NCBI GenBank assembly: GCA_040767195.1
Contig: JAXGPA010000005.1
Coordinates: 81,426-145,425, forward strand
Direction: 5' to 3'
DNA: 64,000 nucleotides
From: Syntrophales bacterium
GTDB lineage: Bacteria > Desulfobacterota > Syntrophia > Syntrophales > UBA6807
Positions 55,401 to 64,000 of this stretch are shown here, piece by piece. Made by a program: the position numbers and the translations under genes. The notes under the pieces are model-generated. The model was not told the origin of the DNA, did not search any database, and saw only the letters and a list, made by a program, of their open reading frames with translations. How positions within the stretch are numbered: position 1 is the stretch's first letter; each line of letters begins with the position of its first letter.

Positions 55401-57694
55401 AAAGAGAAGAGGCTTTCAGGGCAGCCAAGCTTCCCGCCATGTTCTGCTCACCGACCATGGAGCTTGGGGTCGATATAGCCGACCTCAACACGGTCTACAT
55501 GAGAAACGTCCCCCCGACGCCGGCGAATTACGCCCAGCGGAGTGGTCGTGCCGGTCGAAGCGGTCAGCCCGCCCTCGTCATCACCTACTGCGCCGCCCGA
55601 GCCCCTCACGATCAGTACTTCTTTGCCGATCCGACACGGGTCGTGGCTGGCAGTGTCCATCCTCCCACTCTGGATCTGGCCAATGAAGATCTCATCCGAA
55701 GCCATATACATGCTGTCTGGCTTGCCGAAACGGGGAAAAAACTTGAGCGCACGGTCAATGCGCTTCTGGATATGGGGAATGCAGACCTTCCTGTTCTCGA
55801 AGAGATGAGGACGGATCTTGACGCCGAGGGAGCAAGAAAACGGGCCATGGAAAGAGGAACGGAGATCCTGGCCATGCTGACGGACGAGCTGACTCCGGAA
55901 ATGGCACCCTGGTATCAGGAAGACTGGGTGAGGAGAACCTGTCAGAGTACCTTCAGAAATTTTGACCATGCTCTAGACCGCTGGCGGGACCTTTACAAAG
56001 CGACGGCCCGGCAGCTCGAGGCGAGCCATGCCGTACAGATGAATGCGGCGGCTTCCGAAAGAGACCGGAAGGAGGCAAGTCTTCGGTACAACGAGGCCCG
56101 CATCCAGCAGAACCTCCTTCTTGACGCCGCAGCCACCTTCAATTCCGATTTTTATACCTATCGTTACCTGGCAAGCCAGGGGTTTCTGCCTGGCTACAAT
56201 TTCCCCAGACTGCCTCTCATGGCTTACCTGCCGGGGATGAAGGAGAAAAGAAAGCGGGATGCCTTCATCTCCCGTCCCCGCTTCCTGGCCCTCTCCGAAT
56301 TCGGGCCTTTGAGCCTCATCTACCATGAAGGAAATCAGTTCCGGGTACGAAAGGTCATCGTCGGGGTTCGTGAGGAGCTGAAGACCGATCTACCCGTCAT
56401 TGCCGTTTCTCTTTGCCCGGATTGCGGATACGGCCACTTCGGGGCTCAGGAGAGCAGCGACAAATGCCATTCCTGCGGCTCCGTTCTCAACGGGGGTTTG
56501 AGGCTCACAAACATGTATCGTGTGGAAAACGTGAGTACCAGGAAGGCCCTTAGAATCACCTCCGATGAGGAAGAGCGGCTTCGGGTGGGCTACGAGATGC
56601 AGACCACCTTTCAATACCCTGAAGAACGGGGCAATCTACAGGTCACGAAGACGATTTTCAGCGAAGGAGGAGATGACCTCCTTCGAATTCACTACAGCGC
56701 TGCCGCCACCGTGTGGCGAATGAACCTTGGATGGCGGAGACGGCGAAACAAAACCATTTACGGATTCAACATCGATCCGAACACAGGAAAGTGGTGTCAG
56801 GACAGCCAGGCCCCGGATGACGTGGAAGACGATATGGAAAAGGCTCTTTCCATCCAAAGAATTGTCCCCTATGTAGAGGACCGCCGGAACATCCTGATCG
56901 TTTACCCTGTCGGCTCTTTGGAGGAAAACCAGATCACGACACTTCAATATATATTGAAAAGAGGTATTGAAAAGCACTTCCAGCTCGAGGAAAGTGAGTT
57001 GATGTCGGAGCCCCTTCCAACGCGGGACAATCGGAATGCCATTCTTTTTTACGAGTCCGCCGAGGGTGGTGCCGGCGTCCTTAACCGGATCGCTCATGAT
57101 CTTAATGCCTTAAAGCACGTTATCATGAAGGGCCTCGAAGTCTGTCATTATCGAAGAAAGGGCGATCAATGGCTTTTCGAGGAACTGGAAAACACCGCTG
57201 ACGACTGCGAGGCGGGTTGCTACCGGTGTCTTCTCAGCTATTACAATCAGCCGGACCATGACAAAATCGACCGCAGGGACGAAACCGTACTTTCGATTCT
57301 CTGTCGCCTCCTCTATGCCGAGGGACGCCGGGGAACCGAGGGAAGGCCTCCGGAGGAACAGTATGAGGAGTTGATGCGGCTTTCGGGGAGTTCCCTGGAA
57401 AAGGCTTGGCTCGAATTCGTCAAGCGTCATGGCTTTAACCTGCCGGACCAAGCCCAATGGCTTATCAGGGAATTTAAAACCCGGCCCGACTTTTTGTATT
57501 CACAGAACCAAGCTGTGATCTATATCGATGGTCCCCACCATGAAGGGAACAGTCAGAAAAAACTCGATGAAGAAATCCGGGGACGGCTGAGGGATGCGGG
57601 ATTCGAGGTCATTGTCTTTACAACAAAAAAGGATGAATGGCCTGACGCGTTCGCCCGTCATCCTGATGTGTTCGGAAAGGGAGATCTTTCATGA
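52487..57694 (+). CDS. YprA/DUF1998-family DEAD/DEAH helicase with C-terminal DUF559/Vsr-like nuclease domain (DruE/DrmAB-related)
   Basis: TTG start after AAGGAGG; TGTGSGKS, YPMNAL, DELH.YRG.QG, SAT, FTDNRQDAA, TMELGVDI, QRSGRAGR; Zn clusters CRECG, CPDCG, CHSCG, CEAGCYRCL; tail PDFLY..IYIDG..H. Confidence 0.9.
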   Translation: MNVFEFRNRLVTDYEQFSRSFTKYRVGDIKRTIDDIYSSQHFFPPPLIQLNPYFVPGRTIEQLVDQKVLDLECEKIFRIQKKESPPGRTLQLHLHQDEAIDKARTGGSYVLTTGTGSGKSLGYFIPIIDAVLKEKKAGISTKGSIRAIVIYPMNALCNSQMEELRKFLEEGYGHGKAPVTFGRYTGQEDQEERHRLAANPPDIMLTNFMMLELIMTRQDDPDKAVVNASKGLKFLVLDELHTYRGRQGSDVALLIRRVRQALNKDLLCIGTSATMATEGDYEVRREKIAEVASRLFGSEVKTENVITETLQRITVPETPVDKKSLQEAVSAGVPESITFDELRKHPVAAWVEMNLGLAKEGQRLIRACPRNIEEASHLLSHESGSPVDSCREYLQRFLLLAYGTKDVSGRSFFAFRLHQFISGPGDLFTTLEPARERFITVEGQQYKPGDRSKLLFNAVFCRECGQEYYPVWAEMEGKKPRILSSRSIDERSHEDEETQYGFFMPDPEHQWNPSDLEEAFPEDWMDYSGKDIRIKSSYRRYMPKMITVREDGVCGEGPLPGWYIPGRFRFCLNPDCKAVYNPFSKSDATMLAGLSMEGRSSATTVLTISALRYLLSEAHTLSPQAKKILGFTDNRQDAALQAGHFNDFVQIVLLRAALLHAAMNAKRGYLTDDVITHEVYRSLQLAPHDFMVQENSGKKIPSFVMHRAEETLRDIIGYRLYHDLRRGWRLNHPNLEQLGLITIDYEDLENHCSDDQFWQGKHPLLANAAPEIRLKVARELLDELRRRLCIRTAYLDRIKQEQMKTASYTDLREPWGLEQGEALISSHYMIPETKPKDGGDDLFSYLSYRSRFGAFLRKGSTWGRDGSPDYPAKFTESVYKTIMEGLLEALGGYITTDRVEGKQAFQLNALCLKWKYEENPSIPVSGIRRTDNIFFNSLYRNAAALLDQKNRLMHQLEAHEHTAQVDAEVRREREEAFRAAKLPAMFCSPTMELGVDIADLNTVYMRNVPPTPANYAQRSGRAGRSGQPALVITYCAARAPHDQYFFADPTRVVAGSVHPPTLDLANEDLIRSHIHAVWLAETGKKLERTVNALLDMGNADLPVLEEMRTDLDAEGARKRAMERGTEILAMLTDELTPEMAPWYQEDWVRRTCQSTFRNFDHALDRWRDLYKATARQLEASHAVQMNAAASERDRKEASLRYNEARIQQNLLLDAAATFNSDFYTYRYLASQGFLPGYNFPRLPLMAYLPGMKEKRKRDAFISRPRFLALSEFGPLSLIYHEGNQFRVRKVIVGVREELKTDLPVIAVSLCPDCGYGHFGAQESSDKCHSCGSVLNGGLRLTNMYRVENVSTRKALRITSDEEERLRVGYEMQTTFQYPEERGNLQVTKTIFSEGGDDLLRIHYSAAATVWRMNLGWRRRRNKTIYGFNIDPNTGKWCQDSQAPDDVEDDMEKALSIQRIVPYVEDRRNILIVYPVGSLEENQITTLQYILKRGIEKHFQLEESELMSEPLPTRDNRNAILFYESAEGGAGVLNRIAHDLNALKHVIMKGLEVCHYRRKGDQWLFEELENTADDCEAGCYRCLLSYYNQPDHDKIDRRDETVLSILCRLLYAEGRRGTEGRPPEEQYEELMRLSGSSLEKAWLEFVKRHGFNLPDQAQWLIREFKTRPDFLYSQNQAVIYIDGPHHEGNSQKKLDEEIRGRLRDAGFEVIVFTTKKDEWPDAFARHPDVFGKGDLS

Positions 57695-60531
57695 CAACCG
57701 GTGTTTTTCAGACGGGAAGTCTTGTCCGGGCTCGGGGACGGGAATGGGTGGTCCTTCCGGAAACGAGGCAGGATATTCTTAAACTTCGCCCCTTGGGCGG
57801 TAGCGACGAGGATGCCACGGTAATCTATCTTCCCCTGGAGCGAAAACCTCCTGAAACGGCCGTATTCGGACCTCCGAACCCGGAAAAAGCGGGAGACTGG
57901 GTGGCGAGTCAGATGCTCCGGGATGCCATGATGCTCAAGCTGCGGGCGGGGGCGGGACCTTTTCGCGGTCTCGGGAACATCTGTGTCGAGCCTCGGGCCT
58001 ATCAGCTCGTTCCCCTTATGATGGCCCTGAAACTGGACGTCGTCCGCCTTCTCGTTGCCGATGATGTGGGAATAGGAAAAACCATCGAGGCAGGCCTTAT
58101 TGTCCGGGAGCTTCTCGACCGGGGAGAGGTGGAACGCCTCGCGGTCCTTTGTCCCCCTCATCTGTGTGACCAATGGAAAGAGGAGCTTTTCCGGAAATTC
58201 AACATCTCCTGTGAAGTCGTGCGGACGGGGACGGCCTCCCGCCTGGATCGGGGATTGCCTGCCGGTAAATCTCTTTTCGAAGTATATCCCTTTACGGTTG
58301 TAAGCCTCGACTTCATCAAGTCGGATAACCGCCGGGATGAATTTCAGAGGGCCTGCCCCGAGTGTGTCATTGTCGAGGAAGCCCACACCTGTGTCAGCCA
58401 TGGAAAGGCCCGCCATCAAAGATACCGTCTTCTCCGGGCCCTTGCCGACGAAAAAAACCGGCACATGATATTTCTGACGGCAACGCCGCATAGCGGAAAC
58501 GATGAAGCGTTCTATAACCTTCTCGGGATGCTCCGGTCGGAGTTCTCAGGGTTGGGAAGCCTGCGGGGTCCAGAGCGTGAACAACGACGAGAAAACCTTG
58601 CTCTTCATTTTGTCCAGAGACGGAGGGCCGACATCGCTGAGTGGAGAGACACCACCCTGTTCCCGGATCGGCAGACCCGGGAAAATACCTATGCTTTGAC
58701 CAGGGAATGGTCTTCCCTTTTTGATGACGTTCTTGGATATGCCCGGGAAATCGTCGAAAGGGCCGAATCTCTCGGGAAGCTTCAGCAACGGATGAGTTGG
58801 TGGGCCGCCCTGGCCCTCTTACGGTGCATCAGTTCCAGTCCCCAGGCGGCAGGGCTCGCCCTTAGAACACGCATACAGAACATGACAGGCGAGACGGAAG
58901 AGGAGCAAGTCAAGAACCTTGACGCCCTTGGGGAAGAAAGTGTCCTTGACGGCGATGGGGAAGACCTCCTCATGCTGAGCGAGACGGTTCCCGGGGCTGT
59001 TACGGATGAGGCACTGAGCGAGAATGCCGAACAGCAGAAACTTCTGTCTCTTGCTTTTCGTGCCGAAGCTCTTCGCGGACCCGGTAAAGATCCCAAGCTT
59101 GCCGCCCTTCTGGATATTCTTGATGACATGATCGCTTCAGGGTTTTCCCCCGTCGTCTTCTGCCGCTATATTGCAACGGCCCATTACCTGGAGCTTCACT
59201 TGAGGGATCATTTTCAAGACAAGGAGATGACCATCAAGGCGATCACCGGCGAGATGGCACCGGAAGAACGGGAAGAGCATGTGCGGAGCATGGGTGAAGG
59301 AGAGAAAAGGGTTCTCGTCGCCACCGATTGTCTTTCCGAAGGCATCAATCTTCAGGAACTCTTTACGGCTGTGATTCATTACGATCTCAGTTGGAACCCG
59401 ACCCGTCATGAACAGCGGGAAGGCCGGGTGGACCGGTTCGGACAGCGGGCACCCGTTGTCCGCGCCGTCATGCTCTACGGGAAGGATAACCCCGTGGATG
59501 GGGCCGTTCTGCAGGTGATTCTGAGAAAGGCCGAAAAGATCCGTAAGGAACTTGGAGTCACCGTTCCCCTGCCCATGGATACCACCCAAGTCATGGAAAC
59601 GGTCATGAGAACCGTTCTTTTCCGCAAGAAAAAGAAAACAGAGGATAGGCAACTTGCATTGGATCTGGGAGAGATCGACACCCAGGTCGATGAATCATGG
59701 TCCAGTGCCAAAGAAAAGGCGGAGCAGAGCAGGACCATCTTCGCCCAGCGCCGCTTGAAGCCAGACGAGGTCCTTCCCGAATGGCGGAAAGCCATCCGGG
59801 CCCTTGGCGGCGAGGAAGATGTCCGTCGATTCATACAGGCGGCAGCGGAAAGGCTTGGGGCACCCCTCGAAAAGTGGAAGGGAGGCTTCCGTTTTCACAC
59901 GGATTATCTTCCCGGGAGCCTCAGGGAGCGGTTCGACTTGGCCGGCTATCGCGGGACTATCAGAATATCCTTCTCCACGCCGAGGCATCCCGCCGTGGAG
60001 CATCTTCACCGCACACATCCTTTTGTTGTCATCCTGGCGGACTATATCGCCGAAAGGGCCCTCGCAGGGGACACCCCGAATACGGCGGCCCGATCGGGAG
60101 CCATGTTCACCAAGGAGGTGAAAGAACGGACGACCCTGTTTCTTCTTCGCCTCCGCAACCAGCTTTCGGTCAAGCGTCAGCAGAAAGAGAGGCTGATTCT
60201 CGCTGAAGAGTGTTTCATTGCGGCTGCAAAGGGAACATCTACGCCTGTTCTTCTGGAGGAAGATCAGGCGGAAAAACTCCTTTCGGCCGTTCCATCGAAA
60301 AACATGGCCCAGCCCCAGCGAATCCGGCTCATAGGCGAAGCCATTCAGATGGTGAAGCCGTTAACGCCTCTCCTGAATGAGCTTGCAGGAGAGCGGGCGA
60401 AGGATCTTCTGGCGGACCACCGCAGAGTAAGGACGGCAAGCGATGCCACCGGTCTCCGATATGATGTAAAGCCCTGCCTGCCTGTGGACGTAATCGGAAC
60501 GTACATCTTCATTCCCGACGTAACCTTTTGA
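57691..60531 (+). CDS. SNF2-like helicase (DrmD/BrxHII-like)
   Basis: LVRARGREW, PRAYQL.P, LVADDVGIGKTIEAG, LTATPHSG, SEGINLQ, YDL.WNP.R.EQR.GRVDR.GQ; ATGA overlap with the upstream gene. Confidence 0.9.
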   Translation: MTTGVFQTGSLVRARGREWVVLPETRQDILKLRPLGGSDEDATVIYLPLERKPPETAVFGPPNPEKAGDWVASQMLRDAMMLKLRAGAGPFRGLGNICVEPRAYQLVPLMMALKLDVVRLLVADDVGIGKTIEAGLIVRELLDRGEVERLAVLCPPHLCDQWKEELFRKFNISCEVVRTGTASRLDRGLPAGKSLFEVYPFTVVSLDFIKSDNRRDEFQRACPECVIVEEAHTCVSHGKARHQRYRLLRALADEKNRHMIFLTATPHSGNDEAFYNLLGMLRSEFSGLGSLRGPEREQRRENLALHFVQRRRADIAEWRDTTLFPDRQTRENTYALTREWSSLFDDVLGYAREIVERAESLGKLQQRMSWWAALALLRCISSSPQAAGLALRTRIQNMTGETEEEQVKNLDALGEESVLDGDGEDLLMLSETVPGAVTDEALSENAEQQKLLSLAFRAEALRGPGKDPKLAALLDILDDMIASGFSPVVFCRYIATAHYLELHLRDHFQDKEMTIKAITGEMAPEEREEHVRSMGEGEKRVLVATDCLSEGINLQELFTAVIHYDLSWNPTRHEQREGRVDRFGQRAPVVRAVMLYGKDNPVDGAVLQVILRKAEKIRKELGVTVPLPMDTTQVMETVMRTVLFRKKKKTEDRQLALDLGEIDTQVDESWSSAKEKAEQSRTIFAQRRLKPDEVLPEWRKAIRALGGEEDVRRFIQAAAERLGAPLEKWKGGFRFHTDYLPGSLRERFDLAGYRGTIRISFSTPRHPAVEHLHRTHPFVVILADYIAERALAGDTPNTAARSGAMFTKEVKERTTLFLLRLRNQLSVKRQQKERLILAEECFIAAAKGTSTPVLLEEDQAEKLLSAVPSKNMAQPQRIRLIGEAIQMVKPLTPLLNELAGERAKDLLADHRRVRTASDATGLRYDVKPCLPVDVIGTYIFIPDVTF

Positions 60532-60541
60532 GCAGAAAGCG

Positions 60542-63500
60542 ATGAGAAAGAGAACAGACCTCGGATTTGCCTCTATACGAATCGAAGGAGGAATTCTCCC
60601 AGCGGAGTTCTTCCAGAAGCTGGTGGCTCTGGAAGGAAAGAACCAGAAGCCAGGTGATTACGGCCTCGAAAAAGGGATCAGCGTCCGTGATGAAATCGGG
60701 CGGGCGTGGCGGACGTCCCTCGTGGAATGGCAGAAATATCGTGATCGCCGGACCCGTCTCAATGTCAGCCCCGTGGAAGTTGGTGTTCGAAACTGGCTGC
60801 TCCGGCTGCTGTCGATCCTCGGGTTTTCTGACATACAAGCGCTCAGGTCCCTTCAGCGGGACGGTCGGAGCTTTCCCATCACCCACCGAGCCTGCAAGGG
60901 AACTGTGCCCATGGTTCTCACAACGGCGGACTATTTCCTGGACCGGGGGGATCCCCGGTTTGGTGACGAGGGAAGGCGTCGCTCACCCCATGCCCTTTTG
61001 CAGGAGTACCTGAACGTCGATGACGACTGCCTGTGGGGCATCGTGAGTAACGGTTTTATCATTCGTCTTCTCAGGGACAATCCCAGCCTGACAAGGCCTG
61101 CCTTCATCGAAGCCAACCTAGAGCGGATGTTCGAGGAGGAACTCTTTCCGGATTTCGCCGCTTTCTGGCTTCTCTTTCATGAAAGCCGTTTTATCGCTCC
61201 CGCAGGAAAACCAGGGCTTTGCACCCTTGAAGCCTGGCGCTCAGAAGCCCACGAGGTCGGGGAGCGGGCCCTGGAGAATATGCGGAAAGGCGTCACCCAG
61301 GCCCTGGTGCAACTAGGAAACGGGTTTATCCAGTATCCCGAAAATACTCCCCTCCGTGAGGCCCTGAGCACGAGGCAACTGCCCCTTCTCGATTATTACG
61401 CCGAGCTTCTTCGTTTAGTCTACCGTCTTATTTTCCTGCTGACCATGGAGGACCGGGACCTCCTTCATGATCCTGAGTCAGGAGATGAGAAGAAACAGAT
61501 TTATGAGGAAGGCTATAGTATCTCCCGACTCCGGGAGTTTGCCCTCAAACGCCACCATTACGATAACTGCCCTGACCTCTGGGAAGGCCTCACGGTGACC
61601 TTCAGGGCTCTTTATACTGGAGCCGAGCCTCTGGGTTTGCCTCCTTTGGGAGGTCTTTTTCGGGGAGACCAATGCCCTTTTCTGGATGTTTCCCTTGTGG
61701 ACAATGACCATCTTCTCAAGGCCGTTTTCGCCCTGTCCTTTTTCAAGACGGGGGAGGTTCTTGCCCGGATCAACTATCACGATATGGGTACAGAGGAACT
61801 GGGAAGCGTCTACGAAAGCCTCCTGGAGCTTCACCCGGACATCAAGATCGATACTGTCCCCTGGACCTTCTCTTTCCTCGGGTTGGACGAATCGGGCCAG
61901 ATCAGCGGTCATGTCCGGAAGCTGACAGGCAGCTACTATACCCCGTCTGCCCTCGTTCAGGAACTTATCAGAACCGCTTTGGAGCCTGTCATCAAGAAAA
62001 CCATTGAAGAGCACCCCTCCGACAGTGAGAAGGCCCTTCTCAGGCTCCGGGTCATCGATCCAGCCTGCGGTTCCGGTCATTTCCTTCTGGCGGCGGCCCG
62101 GCGGTTGGCAGACGAACTCGCCCGGATAGTCGCCGACACGGGACAACCTGACGATCGTCTCTATCGATATTGCCTGAGGTCCGTTGTCCGTCATTGCATC
62201 TATGGGGTGGACCTGAACCCCCTGGCGGTGGAGCTTTGCAAGACGGCCCTGTGGCTTGAGACCGTGGAGCCTGGGAAACCCCTGGGCTTTCTCGACAACC
62301 ACATCCGCTGCGGGAACTCCCTCATCGGTGTCCGGGATTTGAAAATCCTGGCGGAAGGCATTCCCGAAAAGGCCTATACGGTCCTGACGGGAGATGACCG
62401 GACGGCGGTGAGGTCCCTGAAGGAAACGAACAGACAGTCCCGCCGCAGTGTCCAGGGCAGCCTTTTTGACCAGGGCTCCCTTGAAGACGAGGCCCTTGAT
62501 GCCGTTTTTCTCGATGACATGCCCGAAGACACGCCGGAAGAGATCGAGGCCAAACGACGGGCGTTTGAAAACATGCAACTCGACAATACACAACGAAGGA
62601 TGGCGGATCTTTATACCGCGGCCTTCTTCACCCCCAAGACCGTCAAGGGGTGGGAGAGTGTGCCGGTCAATGACGATCTCAATAGGGCCAAAAAAGGGAT
62701 TGTCCCGAGAAAGGACGTCCTTCAAAGGTCCCGGGAAGTTGCTGCGAAACAACGATTTTTTCATTGGCCACTCGAGTTTCCTGATGCTTTTGCCGATGGG
62801 GGGTTCGATGTCGTTATTGGGAATCCGCCGTGGGAAGTATCACAGCTTTCTGAAGAGGAATATTTTGCAACCCGTTTACCTTCTATTGCCACTTTAGTCG
62901 GAGAAAACAGAAAAAAAGCCATCGCATTGTTAGAAAAACAGAAACCTGAAATTTGGACCCAGTTTGTTACTGACAAAAAGGGACATGAAGCAACGAATTT
63001 ATTTCTGAGAGAAAGTGGATTATTCAACCTTACAGCTGTGGGTAAATTGAACACCTACGCCCTTTTTGCCGAGTTGGCCCTGCGCCTTCTTTCTCTAAAA
63101 GGACGGGCGGGCATTGTCGTGCCTTCAGGGATTGCCACCGACAGCAGCACAAAGGCCTTTTTTGATGAAATCACCGGCAAAGACCGGCTGGTGAATCTCC
63201 TGGACTTTGAAAATCGGGAAGGAATCTTTCCCGGAGTTCATCGAAGCTATAAATTCTGCCTTCTGACTCTGGGGAGCGAGGTGGTTCAGTCTGAATTCTG
63301 CTTCTTTGCCACAAACACAGGGCAGATTGAGGATTCCCGTCGGCGGTTTACCCTGTCAGGTGAGGACATCCGCCTCCTCAATCCCAATACTCGGACCTGC
63401 CCTGTCTTCCGGTCTCAGGCAGATGCCGAGTTGACAAAAAAGATTTACAGTCGGGTGCCGGTCCTTATTGAAGAGAGCAAAGGAGAGGCTGGGAATCCTT

Positions 63501-64000
63501 GGGGTATCTCCTTTAGGCAAGGCCTTTTCAATATGACAAGTGACCACCACCTCTTTCGAACCTATGAACAACTTGCCGCAATGGGGGCAAAATTGAAAGG
63601 AACCACCTGGCATGGGAGGGGCGGCGAACGGTGGCTTCCTCTTTATGAAGCAAAGATGATCCATCAATTCGATCACCGCTGGGCCACTTATGAGTCAAAC
63701 GGACGTGATTCGAGGGACATGACCGATGAGGAGAAAAGGAACCCTTTGGCAGAGCCGCTTTCGAGGTACTGGATCGATTCCCGATTGGTGGAAGAGACTT
63801 TGTCTGGGAAGTGGGATCGGAAATGGTTATTGGGATTTAGGGATATAACGAATGCAACGAATGAAAGAACCACGATTGCAATGGTTACGCCTCGGGTTGG
63901 TGTGGGGCATACATCGCCGTTGATTATGACATCTCAGAACCCCAAACGTTCAGCTTTAATTCTCGGTAATTTATGTTCTCTTGTGTTTGATTTTGTTACT
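60542..64000 (+). CDS. Large N6-adenine DNA methyltransferase (Eco57I/type IIG-like, DrmMI/PglX-related); partial, runs off the window, absent from the ORF track
   Basis: ATG at 60542 (MRKRTDLGFASIRIEGG...); in-frame EELGSVYESLL, RKLTGSYYTP, DPACGSGHFL, YGVDLNP, FHWPLEF, GNPPW (N codon at 62822), LYEAKMIHQFDHR. Confidence 0.92.
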   Translation, partial: MRKRTDLGFASIRIEGGILPAEFFQKLVALEGKNQKPGDYGLEKGISVRDEIGRAWRTSLVEWQKYRDRRTRLNVSPVEVGVRNWLLRLLSILGFSDIQALRSLQRDGRSFPITHRACKGTVPMVLTTADYFLDRGDPRFGDEGRRRSPHALLQEYLNVDDDCLWGIVSNGFIIRLLRDNPSLTRPAFIEANLERMFEEELFPDFAAFWLLFHESRFIAPAGKPGLCTLEAWRSEAHEVGERALENMRKGVTQALVQLGNGFIQYPENTPLREALSTRQLPLLDYYAELLRLVYRLIFLLTMEDRDLLHDPESGDEKKQIYEEGYSISRLREFALKRHHYDNCPDLWEGLTVTFRALYTGAEPLGLPPLGGLFRGDQCPFLDVSLVDNDHLLKAVFALSFFKTGEVLARINYHDMGTEELGSVYESLLELHPDIKIDTVPWTFSFLGLDESGQISGHVRKLTGSYYTPSALVQELIRTALEPVIKKTIEEHPSDSEKALLRLRVIDPACGSGHFLLAAARRLADELARIVADTGQPDDRLYRYCLRSVVRHCIYGVDLNPLAVELCKTALWLETVEPGKPLGFLDNHIRCGNSLIGVRDLKILAEGIPEKAYTVLTGDDRTAVRSLKETNRQSRRSVQGSLFDQGSLEDEALDAVFLDDMPEDTPEEIEAKRRAFENMQLDNTQRRMADLYTAAFFTPKTVKGWESVPVNDDLNRAKKGIVPRKDVLQRSREVAAKQRFFHWPLEFPDAFADGGFDVVIGNPPWEVSQLSEEEYFATRLPSIATLVGENRKKAIALLEKQKPEIWTQFVTDKKGHEATNLFLRESGLFNLTAVGKLNTYALFAELALRLLSLKGRAGIVVPSGIATDSSTKAFFDEITGKDRLVNLLDFENREGIFPGVHRSYKFCLLTLGSEVVQSEFCFFATNTGQIEDSRRRFTLSGEDIRLLNPNTRTCPVFRSQADAELTKKIYSRVPVLIEESKGEAGNPWGISFRQGLFNMTSDHHLFRTYEQLAAMGAKLKGTTWHGRGGERWLPLYEAKMIHQFDHRWATYESNGRDSRDMTDEEKRNPLAEPLSRYWIDSRLVEETLSGKWDRKWLLGFRDITNATNERTTIAMVTPRVGVGHTSPLIMTSQNPKRSALILGNLCSLVFDFVT

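Larger units (their letters stand above)
50566..64000. mobile_element. Putative genomic (defence) island inserted at tRNA-Arg; right end outside the window
   Basis: Starts at the tRNA 3' end; visibly lower GC and different codon usage; defence-only cargo; TGTCCCCC direct repeats at 50623 and 50634; no integrase seen in the window. Confidence 0.65.

Noticed and set aside
1..64000. CRISPR arrays, IS elements, rRNA, prophage genes
   Set aside because: No regularly spaced repeats, transposase, rRNA or phage structural motifs seen by eye

Overview
The first ~50.6 kb is high-GC core chromosome of an anaerobic bacterium, most likely a Desulfobacterota/Syntrophales-like deltaproteobacterium (inferred from gene content). 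It carries housekeeping and metabolic genes: galE, zur-znuACB, an M16C peptidase, pcm-yqaA-nlpD, purC, dnaJ, carB-purF, moaA, amrS, two acetate-channel paralogues with a CoA-transferase, smc-ftsY and ftcD. After a tRNA-Arg(CCT) at 50489-50565 the composition becomes visibly more AT-rich and a defence island begins. It holds mrr followed by a three-gene DISARM-related module: a 1735-aa YprA/DUF1998 helicase-nuclease, an SNF2-like helicase, and an N6-adenine methyltransferase that runs off the window and is missing from the ORF track. The most unusual core-genome signals are: (1) a circularly permuted cofactor-independent phosphoglycerate mutase; (2) a carB-purF operon with no adjacent carA, whose PurF has lost its glutamine-binding residues, suggesting an ammonia-driven nucleotide-synthesis module; (3) a HesB-like selenoprotein split by an in-frame UGA with a SECIS-like hairpin; (4) an unassigned structured RNA-like element upstream of it; (5) a rhomboid-DnaJ C-terminal fusion and a His-less cobalamin-binding domain. 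All calls come from motif recognition by eye; no database searches were run.
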